The position numbers were made by a program, and so were the translations under genes. A model generated the notes under the pieces. That model was given only the letters and a program-made list of their open reading frames with translations, ran no database searches and had not been told where the DNA came from. Source: Candidatus Babelota bacterium (GTDB lineage: Bacteria > Babelota > Babeliae > Babelales > Vermiphilaceae). Taken from it: 64,000 nucleotides of DNA. Positions 34,780-44,845 of this stretch are shown piece by piece. The stretch covers positions 3,278 through 67,277 of the forward strand of contig JAFEAZ010000008.1 in the NCBI GenBank assembly GCA_018266085.1. The letters run 5' to 3'. Position 1 is the first letter of the stretch. Each line of letters opens with the position of its first letter.

Positions 34780-35217
34780 ATGATACTGTCTGTTTTTTGG
34801 TGTGCTGTTGCCATCCTTTTCTTTCTGTTTGAATTGGGTCATCCAGGTCTATTTTTTTGTCTTGCCTTTTCGTGCGGAGCTGTCGCTGCTTTGATAGCTA
34901 CGCTGTTTGATGCACATGAGCTTTTGTTGCAAGCAGTGAGCTTTTTTATGGGCACCATGGTATCGCTGTGTGTGTTGCGTTACTTTATACGCAAAAATCT
35001 GCACCAGAAGGCTCATCGGACAAATATCGATGCTTTGGTAGGGCGACATGGTTTTGTTATTGTAGCCATAACACCCATGCGGCCGGGTTCTGTTAAAATT
35101 GGAGGTCAGCTATGGATGGCTGTTTCTGCGCACCAAGAGGATATTCCGGCCAATACAGTGATTGAAATAGTGTATGTACGTGGTGCGCATCTGGCGGTAA
35201 AACCTGTCGCGCAATAA
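34780..35217 (+). CDS. NfeD family membrane protein
   Basis: Three N-terminal TMs plus a C-terminal OB-like segment (GSVKIGGQLWMAVS). Located upstream of an SPFH gene. Confidence 0.75.
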   Translation: MILSVFWCAVAILFFLFELGHPGLFFCLAFSCGAVAALIATLFDAHELLLQAVSFFMGTMVSLCVLRYFIRKNLHQKAHRTNIDALVGRHGFVIVAITPMRPGSVKIGGQLWMAVSAHQEDIPANTVIEIVYVRGAHLAVKPVAQ

Positions 35218-35256
35218 GCTGTTTTTTAAACCAATTAGGATAAGAGAGGTTTCGTT

Positions 35257-36243
35257 ATGTTATTAACGCTTGGCATTGTTATGTTTGTATTCATAGCCTT
35301 TGCTGCCTTTGTGTTTTTATTATCATCATTCTTTCTCGTCAATCAGGCGGAAGTTATTATTATTGAGAGACTCGGTAAATTTGATCGCATCTTAACGCCT
35401 GGATTGCATCTCGTGACACCTTTTATCGAACGCCCTCGTCGTGTCTTGTGGAGTTACGTAACCGAAGGAGACAACAAGCGATATAATCGTGTTACCAGGT
35501 TGTTCGAGCGACTTGATTTGCGCGAGTCGGTATACGATTTCCCACGGCAAAATGTGATCACAAAAGATAACGTTACCATGGAAATCAATGCATTATTATA
35601 TTATCAGATTACCGATCCTAAAGCGGCAGTCTATGAAATTGATAACTTGCCACAAGCAATTGAGCAGCTGACACAAACAACATTGCGTGATGTTGTTGGA
35701 TCTCTTACGCTTGATGAAACATTAACTTCGCGCGCACAAATTAATGATCGCTTACGGTTGATTCTTGACGAAGCTACTGACAAATGGGGAGTCAAGGTTA
35801 ATCGTGTTGAACTTAAAGAGATTAATCCGCCTGCCGATATTCGCCATGCAATGGAAAAAGAGATGCGAGCAGAGCGTGATCGCCGTGCCATCATTTTAGA
35901 GGCTGAAGGTGTTAAGCAATCGGCCATTTTACAAGCAGAAGGTGCACGTGAATCACAGGTGCTGCGTGCGCGTGGTGAAGCTGATGCTAATATCTTGCAT
36001 GCTGAAGGTGAAGCGCAAGCGCGTTTAAAAATTGCAACGGCCGAAGCACAAGCAATCGAAATGATTAAGCGTACGGTTCCTGAGGGAGATCCGATGCCGT
36101 ATATGATTGCTATGCGTTACATCAATGTTCTGCCAGAAGTTATGCAAGGCAAAGACAACAAAATGATTGTTATTCCGTATGAAGCAAGTTCACTGGTGGG
36201 CTCATTGGCAACGGTTAAAAAGCTCTTTGAAGAGACAAAATAA
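35257..36243 (+). CDS. SPFH/band-7 (stomatin-like) protein
   Basis: FLVNQAEVIIIERLGKF, ITKDNVTMEINALLYYQITDP, and an Ala/Glu-rich C-terminal helix. Confidence 0.85.
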   Translation: MLLTLGIVMFVFIAFAAFVFLLSSFFLVNQAEVIIIERLGKFDRILTPGLHLVTPFIERPRRVLWSYVTEGDNKRYNRVTRLFERLDLRESVYDFPRQNVITKDNVTMEINALLYYQITDPKAAVYEIDNLPQAIEQLTQTTLRDVVGSLTLDETLTSRAQINDRLRLILDEATDKWGVKVNRVELKEINPPADIRHAMEKEMRAERDRRAIILEAEGVKQSAILQAEGARESQVLRARGEADANILHAEGEAQARLKIATAEAQAIEMIKRTVPEGDPMPYMIAMRYINVLPEVMQGKDNKMIVIPYEASSLVGSLATVKKLFEETK

Positions 36244-36303
36244 GCATCTTTAAAGCTATCAATAGAACAAACCGTATTTAATCAAGTTAAGACACCTGCT
36301 GGG

Positions 36304-36330
36304 GTCATCCCCGTGAAAACGGGGATCCAG
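36304..36330. repeat. palindromic intergenic element, copy 5 (gtcatccccgtgaaaacggggatccag)
   Basis: Perfect stem ATCCCCG/CGGGGAT. Lies between the convergent SPFH and ppsA genes. Confidence 0.85.
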
Positions 36331-36380
36331 CGTGCGAACCTTAGTGCGACTTGCTATATATGTTCAAAGACAAGCAATTT

Positions 36381-38825
36381 TTATACCTTCCTTTGGTGCA
36401 CTCGCATCAAAAAAGGTACAATCGAATCATCATTGAGCGATAGCGAGTCGATCTTTGCATCGATTAAAAAGTCGGCAAACTCAGGGTAGTCTGATGGTCC
36501 TTGGCCGCAAATACCGATCGGTTTGCCAGCTTTATGTGCACCAGCAATTGCTCTGCTGATGAGCAGTTTAACGGCTGGATCACGTTCGTCAAATAGCCTG
36601 CTCAGCTGTGGGGCGTCACGATCGACGCCCAATGTCAGTTGAGTCAGATCGTTAGATCCGATAGAAAAACCATCAAAATAATGTGCGAACTGCTCGATTA
36701 ACAGTGCATTTGATGGTATTTCGCACATCATAAAAACTGCAAGATCATTCTGCCCACGCGTGAGGCCCTGACGAGCCATCTCCTGTAATACGAGTTCAGC
36801 CTCTTTGGTTGTGCGTACAAAGGGTATCATCACTACTACGTTAGTGAGCCCCATGTGATTGCGCACGATCTGCAATGCTGAGCACTCTAAGGCAAACGCA
36901 TCGGTAAAGGCCGCATCATAAAAGCGGGCTGCGCCGCGGAATCCGAGCATCGTGTTTTCTTCGACCGCTTCAAAAAAAGTACCACCAAGGAGGTTGCGAT
37001 ATTCGTTCGTTTTAAAATCTGATAAGCGCACAATCACCGGGCGTGGATAGAATGCGGCGGCAATCATACCAATGCCCTGCGCAAGAGTCTGTGTATAAAA
37101 ATCTGCGGGCGTTGGATAAGGGCCTTTCTTTGCCGACAGGAGCGTTGCCGTTGCTGCATCGACACGCTCAGGATGAGCACAAGCCATTGGATGCACACCA
37201 ATGTTGTTGGTAATAATAAATTCAATGCGCGCAAGACCGACACCATCGACCGGTAGCTGACAGAGCGTGAACGCGCGATCAGGGTCGGCGCAATTGACAT
37301 ACAGGGTTAAGGGCAGCTGTATGTCGGGAATTTCGAGCTGGTCTGTTTCAAAAGGGAGTATGCCCTCATAGACGTACCCCGTTGTTCCTTTGCTGCAATC
37401 GATGGTGACCTGCATGCCATCGCGCAAAGAATCAAAAGCATTATGCACGCCGACTAACGCAGGGATTTCTAACTCGCGACTCACAATGGCCGCATGACAG
37501 GTGCGACCACCTTGTGCGGTAATCAGTGCAGCGGCACGTTTCATAACGGGAACCCAGTCAGGGTTGGTCATCTGCGTGACAATGATGTCGCCCTCCACCA
37601 CCTCATCTATATTTTTTACATCATGAATAACCTTGACGCGTCCTGCAGCAATACGTTGCCCAATACTTTGCCCTGTGGTGATGATGGTAGGGTGTGGGCT
37701 TGCCAGTCGGTAGAGCGTATGGACGGTGCGTTTGAGATGAATCGTCTCAGGACGTGCTTGCACTATGTAGAGCAGGCCATCAACACCATCCTTTGCCCAT
37801 TCGATATCCATGGGAGACCAGCAGTTTTTGAGCGTTGAGTAATACGCTTCAATTGCCAGTACATACGTGGCAAGCTCAACTAGTTCAGCATCCGTTAAGC
37901 TGAATTGCTGTTGGAGTTCTCGAGGGACTGGCTCGATTGCAGTCGGTTCATCAGCATGGTTAACATAGATCATACGCACCGTTTTTTCACCGAGCCGTTT
38001 GCGTATAATAGAGGCATACCCTTGACTCAATGTAGGCTTGTGGATGATATATTCGTCAGGTACGACGCTCCCTTTAACGACCAGCTCACCAAGACCATAG
38101 CTGCCATTGATAATGATGGCATCTTTGTAACCGGTTTCGGTGTCGATGGAAAAGGCAACGCCAGCAGATGCTTTGTCTGAGCGCACCATTTTTTGCACAC
38201 CAACAGACAGAGCAACTTTGTCATGGGCAATCTTCTGTTCTGTGCGGTAGACGATAGCGCGATCGGTAAAGAGTGATGCCATGCTTTTGATGACCGCCTG
38301 CAGCAGCTGTGTGTGTCCTGCGATGTTGAGATAGGTTTCCTGCTGACCAGCAAATGATGCGGTGGGTAGATCTTCAGCCGTTGCCGATGAGCGTACCGCA
38401 ACATCACAGGTTTTCACACCGTACTGTTGAGACAGTGCATCATAAGCGGCGAGAATCTGACGAGCCAGATCATCGGGAATGGTTGCTTGTTCAATGAGCG
38501 CACGTAGTTGCGATCCAGCCTGTTGCAGCTGTTCGAGTGTATAGGTGTCGCCCAATGTTGCTAACAATCTTTGTATCGGTCTGCGCAATCCGTTACGGTC
38601 AATGACATACCAGTATGCGTCCGTGGTAATGGCAAAGCCATCAGGGATGCGGATGCCTTGTGCGCTGAGCTGACTTATCATCTGACCGATTGAAGCATTT
38701 TTGCCACCTACGGTTGAGATGTCGGTTAGGCGTATTTCAGCAAATGGACGTATATAGTTCATCAGAGGACCCTTTTGTAACGATGCTTTCAGGGCATCAT
38801 ACTCAAGTGGCTCCATACTCTGCAA
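36381..38825 (-). CDS. ppsA: phosphoenolpyruvate synthase
   Basis: VGGKNASIGQM, phospho-His region GGRTCHAAIVSRELEIPALVG, and a C-terminal PEP-utilising TIM barrel. Start ambiguous (TTG 38825, ATG 38816 or ATG 38762). Confidence 0.9.
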   Translation of the reverse strand: MQSMEPLEYDALKASLQKGPLMNYIRPFAEIRLTDISTVGGKNASIGQMISQLSAQGIRIPDGFAITTDAYWYVIDRNGLRRPIQRLLATLGDTYTLEQLQQAGSQLRALIEQATIPDDLARQILAAYDALSQQYGVKTCDVAVRSSATAEDLPTASFAGQQETYLNIAGHTQLLQAVIKSMASLFTDRAIVYRTEQKIAHDKVALSVGVQKMVRSDKASAGVAFSIDTETGYKDAIIINGSYGLGELVVKGSVVPDEYIIHKPTLSQGYASIIRKRLGEKTVRMIYVNHADEPTAIEPVPRELQQQFSLTDAELVELATYVLAIEAYYSTLKNCWSPMDIEWAKDGVDGLLYIVQARPETIHLKRTVHTLYRLASPHPTIITTGQSIGQRIAAGRVKVIHDVKNIDEVVEGDIIVTQMTNPDWVPVMKRAAALITAQGGRTCHAAIVSRELEIPALVGVHNAFDSLRDGMQVTIDCSKGTTGYVYEGILPFETDQLEIPDIQLPLTLYVNCADPDRAFTLCQLPVDGVGLARIEFIITNNIGVHPMACAHPERVDAATATLLSAKKGPYPTPADFYTQTLAQGIGMIAAAFYPRPVIVRLSDFKTNEYRNLLGGTFFEAVEENTMLGFRGAARFYDAAFTDAFALECSALQIVRNHMGLTNVVVMIPFVRTTKEAELVLQEMARQGLTRGQNDLAVFMMCEIPSNALLIEQFAHYFDGFSIGSNDLTQLTLGVDRDAPQLSRLFDERDPAVKLLISRAIAGAHKAGKPIGICGQGPSDYPEFADFLIDAKIDSLSLNDDSIVPFLMRVHQRKV

Positions 38826-38833
38826 GAATCGCC

Positions 38834-40801
38834 TTAACGATAGGTACGGGTGCGCTGACAGAAGCGTGCTTTTGCCAGTGCTCGTTTCTTGCTTTGACGT
38901 TTATACACCGTACATTTTTTCTGTAGTGGTTTACGTGTAGAGGCTGCCTGCTGTTTCAGCGTTGCTATCTTTTTCTCTTGTGCTTGTTGGATGGCGGCAG
39001 CTGTTTCTGTGGTGAGATATGTATGCTCAGGTTCTAGTTGTTTGAGTGTGCCATGCTTGCCATATTTCTTGAGCAGCGATTCATAAGCGGCTCGTTGCTT
39101 CTCGTTTGCTACGGCGGGTAGCTGCTCGGGACCAAAATCCTCATCATCTTCTTGTGCACAACCAAAGGCTATGTATACGGTGCCTTGATAGGTGAAATAT
39201 GTGGTGCACGTGCCTTTGGCGATAGACACCATCACGTTGGTGAGCGTGCCTGATGGTGCATCAGTAGAGAGTGCTTTGCTCATCTGTGCAGAAAAGGGAG
39301 CAGTCAGCTCATCAATACTAAAGAGTTTTGGGTAATAGAGCTCTTCAAGATAAAAGTTTGCCATGATATCGAGTGCCGTGTTGCATGAAGAGGATATTTT
39401 TTTTAACGTGTGCACAGCACGACCAGGAATCATAGAGACGAAGATAGGAACATAACAGTTGCCGGTGGTTGCTAATGAAGGATCGTTAGCGGCTGTTGTC
39501 GGCATCTTCGTGTCGATAATGAGTTCGAATGGGATATCGTGAGCGTATAGTAGAGTTGCATAGGGGGCTGCCCGTTTGCCCTGTTTTGCAAAAAATGTGG
39601 CAATATTTAACGGTTGCGTGCGCGTTTTGGCCATAATGCCACCGATCGAGGCGACGATATCATAATCGAGTATCGAAAACCATGGCAAGCCTGGGTACCG
39701 TATTTGGGGGATATTACTTTCGAGCAACGTTGGCTCAATACAGCGTATAGCTTTGCTGTACTCTATCATGTCTGAGGCGGTAATCGCAGCAACAAAACAG
39801 CTATAATCGGTTGCGATATATGGCTGCATTACGCCTTGTTTCAGCATAAGAGCTATAGAATTAGTGCGGGTAGGAGTGTCGGTAAGTGCTATAGTTATAA
39901 TGGGGAAGCTATAGGTTGCTTGAGCTCCTGCTGTGGCATCTTGGTATATAAGGCTTGTATTGGTGCTTGCAGCATAGCATGATTTATAAATCAATAGTTT
40001 GGTCTGGATTTTTTCAAGAAATGATAAGAAGATTTTAAATTGATTAAGCGATAGGTCACATATTTCTGTCCTTAAAAAGCCATGACCATGAATAAAAACC
40101 GACATATTAGGAATCATTGCCTGGTTAGGATATTCTTTGGTAGTAACAAAAATATCGTTGAGAGCGTCAATAAAATAGTCGGCCACCTCTGGGCTATTTA
40201 TAGGATCTGCGATACTCTTTGTTTCGACCGTGGTCAAGTGATTAACTTTCAAGCCTAAAGCTTTTTCAGTATCGGTTACCGTGTTGGCGGAAGAAAATTG
40301 CTGTACTTTATCTGGAGTTATATTTTTTGATAGCAGATAATCATTGGGCAAAAGCAGATAGAGATAGTCATTTATCTTCTTGATGATCCATTTGTTCGCA
40401 GCCTGTTCGTCGAATTGTATCGTTGATGCGATAATCCCTTTAATAATTGCTTTTTCTTGGGCGGTTGGTGTTTCTTTTTGATATAGCTCTTTAGCGGTAG
40501 CAAATAGTTTAAGGGGATCTTTCTCTGAAGGCTGTACTGTCGAGCGAATATTATTAATAAGAGATGTTGATACGATGATCGGTGCGGCTTCCTGTGTAAA
40601 CGCCGCCAAAAAGCCGCTTGTTATAGAATAGATTTCCTCTTTTTCGGTGTCATCTAAAAATATAAGCACCGCGTTGGTGGCAGCAGGTGTCGCGCTATTA
40701 TTAAGAAATTCCGTTGGCGGTTGACCATTAACCGCTTGATATGCAGTCGATGGCATAACATATCCACAGAGAACGAAAAGAACTAGCGCTTTGCGTATCA
40801 C
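38834..40801 (-). CDS. large hypothetical secreted protein (655 aa) with a possible clan-CD peptidase-like His/Cys core
   Basis: GTG start with an AGGAG RBS. Signal peptide MIRKALVLFVLCGYVMPSTA. MSVFIHGHGF ... KLLIYKSCYAAS spaced about 36 aa apart. Basic C-terminal tail. Confidence 0.6.
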   Translation of the reverse strand: MIRKALVLFVLCGYVMPSTAYQAVNGQPPTEFLNNSATPAATNAVLIFLDDTEKEEIYSITSGFLAAFTQEAAPIIVSTSLINNIRSTVQPSEKDPLKLFATAKELYQKETPTAQEKAIIKGIIASTIQFDEQAANKWIIKKINDYLYLLLPNDYLLSKNITPDKVQQFSSANTVTDTEKALGLKVNHLTTVETKSIADPINSPEVADYFIDALNDIFVTTKEYPNQAMIPNMSVFIHGHGFLRTEICDLSLNQFKIFLSFLEKIQTKLLIYKSCYAASTNTSLIYQDATAGAQATYSFPIITIALTDTPTRTNSIALMLKQGVMQPYIATDYSCFVAAITASDMIEYSKAIRCIEPTLLESNIPQIRYPGLPWFSILDYDIVASIGGIMAKTRTQPLNIATFFAKQGKRAAPYATLLYAHDIPFELIIDTKMPTTAANDPSLATTGNCYVPIFVSMIPGRAVHTLKKISSSCNTALDIMANFYLEELYYPKLFSIDELTAPFSAQMSKALSTDAPSGTLTNVMVSIAKGTCTTYFTYQGTVYIAFGCAQEDDEDFGPEQLPAVANEKQRAAYESLLKKYGKHGTLKQLEPEHTYLTTETAAAIQQAQEKKIATLKQQAASTRKPLQKKCTVYKRQSKKRALAKARFCQRTRTYR

Positions 40802-40950
40802 GACTAAACTCCTCTACCATGGCTTCGTGCTGTTAATTTCAATTGTAAACTTTAAACAATTTAAAAAGATAGGGTTTACGGGTTTATTGGCAGCAAGTGG
40901 CGAGGCATAGGCTTTTTTTGATTTTAGATGCTAAATCGGGCTCTTTTTTA

Positions 40951-41013
40951 ACTATATGTAAAGTGCGTTTTACATTTGGAGTTACTATATGCTAAAATGA
41001 CTTTACATATAGT
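40951..41013. promoter_or_regulatory. 14-bp perfect inverted repeat pair upstream of the DUF4143 ATPase gene
   Basis: actatatgtaaagt (40951-40964) and actttacatatagt (41000-41013). A third partial copy, actatatgc, lies at 40984, and TAAAAT at 40993 could be a -10 box. Confidence 0.4.
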
Positions 41014-41165
41014 ATGACTTTTGGCCGTTTGGATCTCTTCGGATACTATGTCAATCTTGATTCGACGGTAGCGCAATCATCAGAGGTAGTATTTGGTTTG
41101 ATCACGTCATGTGGCGTGCTCTCTCTTCGAAGAGCTCTATTTTTAACAAAAAAGGGGTTTTCTCA

Positions 41166-42341
41166 ATGTTGGTACAAAGACCTTTTTGGAAACAATTAAT
41201 TGAAAACGCCTGGCAAGAGAAAAGTATCATCTGGCTAATGGGGTTAAGGCGGATCGGCAAAACCAGTTTGTGCCATAGCTTTGAAGGTATCGAATATCTT
41301 GATTGTGAGCGTCCTCGGGTGCGCCAGTTGATGGCTGATCCTGAAGGCTTTTTGGAGTCAAAAAAAGGCGCTTTGTTAGCGCTTGATGAGATTCATCGCC
41401 TTGATAACCCTTCGGAGTTGTTAAAGTTGGCGGCAGATCATTATCCCTCTATTAAGATTATTGCAACGGGATCGTCAACCTTAGGCGCAAGTGCCAAGTT
41501 TAAAGATACGCTTACCGGAAGAAAGCGTGAGATTTGGTTGACGCCGTTATTGTTGCAAGAGATAGAAGATTTTGGCAATCCCGATATTCGCCATAGATTT
41601 TTATTTGGTGGTCTCCCGTCATTTTTTGCAAGAAAGCAGATATCGGAAATCGATTTTCAAGAGTGGATCGATGCGTATTGGGCAAAGGATATACAGGATC
41701 TGTTCAGTGTTGGCAAAAGAAGCTCCTTTCAGAAGTTTGCTGAACTATTGCTTGCGCATAGTGGCGGTATGTTCGAAGCAGCTAAGTTTGCCATTCCGTG
41801 CGAAGTGACAAGGCCAACCATTGCCAACTATTTACATGTGCTTGAAGAAACATTTGTTGTGCATGTTATTAGGCCCTATTCTACCCATCGGACCACTGAA
41901 ATCGTTATGGCACCAAAAGTCTACGGTTTTGATACTGGCTTCATCTGTTATGTAAAAGGGCGCAAAGAGTTACGTGCTGAAGATATGGGCTTTATGTGGG
42001 AGCATTGCGTTTTAAATGAAATACAAGGGCATTTGCAGACGCGGGCAATCAATTATTGGCGCGATAAGCAAGGGCATGAGATCGACTTTGTCCTTAATCG
42101 TCGTTCAGAAAATGGGCTTGTCGCTATAGAATGTAAGTTTAATACCGTTCTTGAGGATATAACGTCGACAAAGCTTGCTGGCTTGGGTAAAAACTTCCAA
42201 GCTTTTCGTGATCTGTATCCCAATGGCTGCAACTTTATAGTTTCGCATAATGTTGATACCCCATTCATGAAAAAGCATCAAGACTTGGATATCTGGTTTG
42301 TTAATCCAAAAGATTTGATTAAAAAATTGCAGGAGAAATAA
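41166..42341 (+). CDS. AAA-family ATPase with a DUF4143-type C-terminal domain
   Basis: MLVQRPFWKQL..., Walker A GLRRIGKTS, Walker B LLALDEIH. C-terminal ...INYWRDKQGHEIDFVL is typical of the AAA_14/DUF4143 family. Confidence 0.7.
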   Translation: MLVQRPFWKQLIENAWQEKSIIWLMGLRRIGKTSLCHSFEGIEYLDCERPRVRQLMADPEGFLESKKGALLALDEIHRLDNPSELLKLAADHYPSIKIIATGSSTLGASAKFKDTLTGRKREIWLTPLLLQEIEDFGNPDIRHRFLFGGLPSFFARKQISEIDFQEWIDAYWAKDIQDLFSVGKRSSFQKFAELLLAHSGGMFEAAKFAIPCEVTRPTIANYLHVLEETFVVHVIRPYSTHRTTEIVMAPKVYGFDTGFICYVKGRKELRAEDMGFMWEHCVLNEIQGHLQTRAINYWRDKQGHEIDFVLNRRSENGLVAIECKFNTVLEDITSTKLAGLGKNFQAFRDLYPNGCNFIVSHNVDTPFMKKHQDLDIWFVNPKDLIKKLQEK

Positions 42342-42426
42342 GATGGTGGTGCCTATCAAGCCATAATGCGTTGGTGATATAATCTATCTCTGTAGCTGTT
42401 TTTTTCAAGGCGTAGAGGTTTTTTCC

Positions 42427-42816
42427 GTGAATAATAGATTGTTGATAACGCTGCTTTTGTTCACTACTATTTCGCTACAGGCCGTTGAACCAACGACGTC
42501 GCCGGTAGAAGAAGAAAGCAAGGAGCCCTATGCATACGAGATTTCCATAAGTCCTTGGCCGCCCTATGTGCGTGGAGCTTATGACTATGAGTCTTCTGAA
42601 GATGAAGCGCTGAAGCCAGACTCTCATGGTGTGAGACCTATCATAGATCTTGCGCTCAGAGAGGCAATTATGAGTGGGCAGATAAAGGCGCGCTCTACAA
42701 CCTATCGTGCAGTTAGTGCGCTTTTTGAGCAAGAAAAAGAAGAGAAAAAAGGTACAAAAAAGGTACGCAAGCAATTAGCCCTTAGACTCAAGAAACAACG
42801 CCTTGGTAGTGCTTAA
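42427..42816 (+). CDS. hypothetical small secreted protein with a basic C-terminus
   Basis: GTG start. Signal peptide NNRLLITLLLFTTISLQA. C-terminal KKVRKQLALRLKKQRL. Confidence 0.45.
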   Translation: MNNRLLITLLLFTTISLQAVEPTTSPVEEESKEPYAYEISISPWPPYVRGAYDYESSEDEALKPDSHGVRPIIDLALREAIMSGQIKARSTTYRAVSALFEQEKEEKKGTKKVRKQLALRLKKQRLGSA

Positions 42817-42919
42817 CTTACTGCATAATCTGCGTAACACTAGCGACTTGGTGGTTTTTTTTGCTTCGCTATACTGTCGCGCGTATTCTCATAAGTACTC
42901 ATCTTCTCAGGAGTTTTGT

Positions 42920-43303
42920 ATGAAGCAACAGATTTCCTTTGCATTAGCTGCTCTTTTGTTAACCACCGGAGCGTTACTCGTTGCGAGTGAGCCCAGCAAC
43001 ACTGGCGCCACTAGTGGCTCTGGCTATGATCTTCTGGTGCGATTTGCACCCGACTATGTTGGCTTTTGTCCTGAAAGTGTTACTGTGCGCACTGAAGATC
43101 TTGCCTTTGAGTTGGATAAAGATCCCTGTTTTAACGAAGCGATTGAGCTAGCGAGTAAAAGAATGCGAGAGCTGGATGTTGTGGTGAGTCGACGTGCCGA
43201 CCAAGAGCACCGAGCTACACTGGCACAACGCCAGCGAGAAGTCAGCGCTGCTAAACGTCAGCGCCGCCTAAAGTATCAGCTCGCCTGGAGCTTGAAAAAG
43301 TAA
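42920..43303 (+). CDS. hypothetical small secreted protein with a basic C-terminus
   Basis: AGGAG RBS. Signal peptide MKQQISFALAALLLTTGALLVA. C-terminal KRQRRLKYQLAWSLKK resembles the tail of the preceding gene product. Confidence 0.5.
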   Translation: MKQQISFALAALLLTTGALLVASEPSNTGATSGSGYDLLVRFAPDYVGFCPESVTVRTEDLAFELDKDPCFNEAIELASKRMRELDVVVSRRADQEHRATLAQRQREVSAAKRQRRLKYQLAWSLKK

Positions 43304-43523
43304 ATAAGAGCATACCACTGCTTAACAATCTCAAGCTCGATGTCAAACTCGGGTTTTTCTCTGTCGATGCCTATAGAAAAACCGGCTCAATTGCACTTAT
43401 GCCCAAATGCTCCTATACTAAACGTTTGAGTTGCACATAGTGCGTCAAGAACAGTGAAAGTATTCATAACGCATACAGGTAAAAACAAAATATATACACC
43501 ACCCACGGAGGTTAGGGTTTTTC

Positions 43524-44756
43524 ATGACCAAGTTATTACAGTCGACAACAGTTTCTACCGGGCTAGCGATCTTTTCTATGCTCTTTGGAGCCGGGAACCT
43601 TATGTATCCTCTCCAAGTTGGTATGACGTCGGGCGATAAGATAATCTGGGGTATTGGGTGTTTTATTTTAACTGCGGTTATTCTACCTGTGATGGGCTTT
43701 GTGGGTATGATTCTCTTTAATGGTGATTATCAGAGCTTCTTCTATCGCCTTGGCAGACCGGTCGGATCGGCTGCAATCTTTTTATGTATGCTTGTTATAG
43801 GCCCTTTGATTGCCATTCCGCGTATTACCACCTTGTCTCACACGATGATTGCGCCATTTTTAGCAGGCACACCACTTGGCACGATCACCTATTTCTCTTC
43901 ATGCATCTTTGCTTTGCTGTTCTTAGGTATAACCTTTTTAGTTACCTACCGTGAAAATCGCATCATGAGCATATTGGGAACTATCATTAGCCCATTGCTC
44001 TTACTTTCGCTGGCAATTATCATCATCAAGGGTTTGCTGTTCCATGATGGTATAACCCATACTGATGCATCGATTTTATGCGTTTGTAAGACGAATTTTA
44101 TGTTAGGGTATGAGACCTTAGATTTGGTTGGTGCGTTATTTTTGTCATCGATCGTTTTAGGGTTGATAAAAACGAATGTTGATGCAGCTATCGCCAACAA
44201 TCCACGGTTATTGGCCTATGTAGCGCTTAAAGCAAGTATGATAGGCGTTGGCCTGTTATCGCTGGTATATGTTGGTATGGCGCTGTTGGGTATGTATCAT
44301 GGTTATGGTCTTGAGCATATCAACGCTGGTGAGCTTTTTAGAGCAATATCACACAGAGTCTTGGGAACGTCTGGTGCGATTGTTATCGCAACGGCAGTAC
44401 TGATGGCCTGTTTGTCAACCGCTATAGCGCTCAGCGCAGTGGTTGCTGAATATCTGCAAAAAGAGCTGTTCAACAAACGCATTAGCTTTATTACAGCACT
44501 TATTATGGTATTAGTTGCTTCGTTGCCTTTGTCGATTGCAGGGCTTACTGCAGTACTCAAACTGACTGGTGGCCTTATCACTTATATTGGGTACCCGGTG
44601 CTCATCGTGCTGACGATGGTGAACGTGTTATACAAGCTTTTTGGTTTTCGTTGGGCAAAGCTACCGGTTGCACTTACCTTTGTAGTGGTCGTTTTGTTCC
44701 ATCCTGACATGCAGGAGCATGTGCAGCGTATTATACAGGGTTTTTGCAGCGCATAA
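43524..44756 (+). CDS. brnQ: branched-chain amino acid transport system II carrier (LIVCS family)
   Basis: GLAIFSMLFGAGNLMYPLQVG signature and 12 predicted TMs. Confidence 0.85.
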   Translation: MTKLLQSTTVSTGLAIFSMLFGAGNLMYPLQVGMTSGDKIIWGIGCFILTAVILPVMGFVGMILFNGDYQSFFYRLGRPVGSAAIFLCMLVIGPLIAIPRITTLSHTMIAPFLAGTPLGTITYFSSCIFALLFLGITFLVTYRENRIMSILGTIISPLLLLSLAIIIIKGLLFHDGITHTDASILCVCKTNFMLGYETLDLVGALFLSSIVLGLIKTNVDAAIANNPRLLAYVALKASMIGVGLLSLVYVGMALLGMYHGYGLEHINAGELFRAISHRVLGTSGAIVIATAVLMACLSTAIALSAVVAEYLQKELFNKRISFITALIMVLVASLPLSIAGLTAVLKLTGGLITYIGYPVLIVLTMVNVLYKLFGFRWAKLPVALTFVVVVLFHPDMQEHVQRIIQGFCSA

Positions 44757-44787
44757 ACTGTACTGAAGATCATACGCTTAAAAATTA

Positions 44788-44820
44788 AAGCCCCAGCACG
44801 TAAAATGCTGGGGCTTTTGC
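44788..44820 (+). terminator. rho-independent terminator between the convergent brnQ and htrA genes
   Basis: aagccccagca-cgtaaaa-tgctggggctt followed by TTTG. Confidence 0.75.
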
Positions 44821-44845
44821 TGTCTAAAAGAGTGTACTCAAGCAA

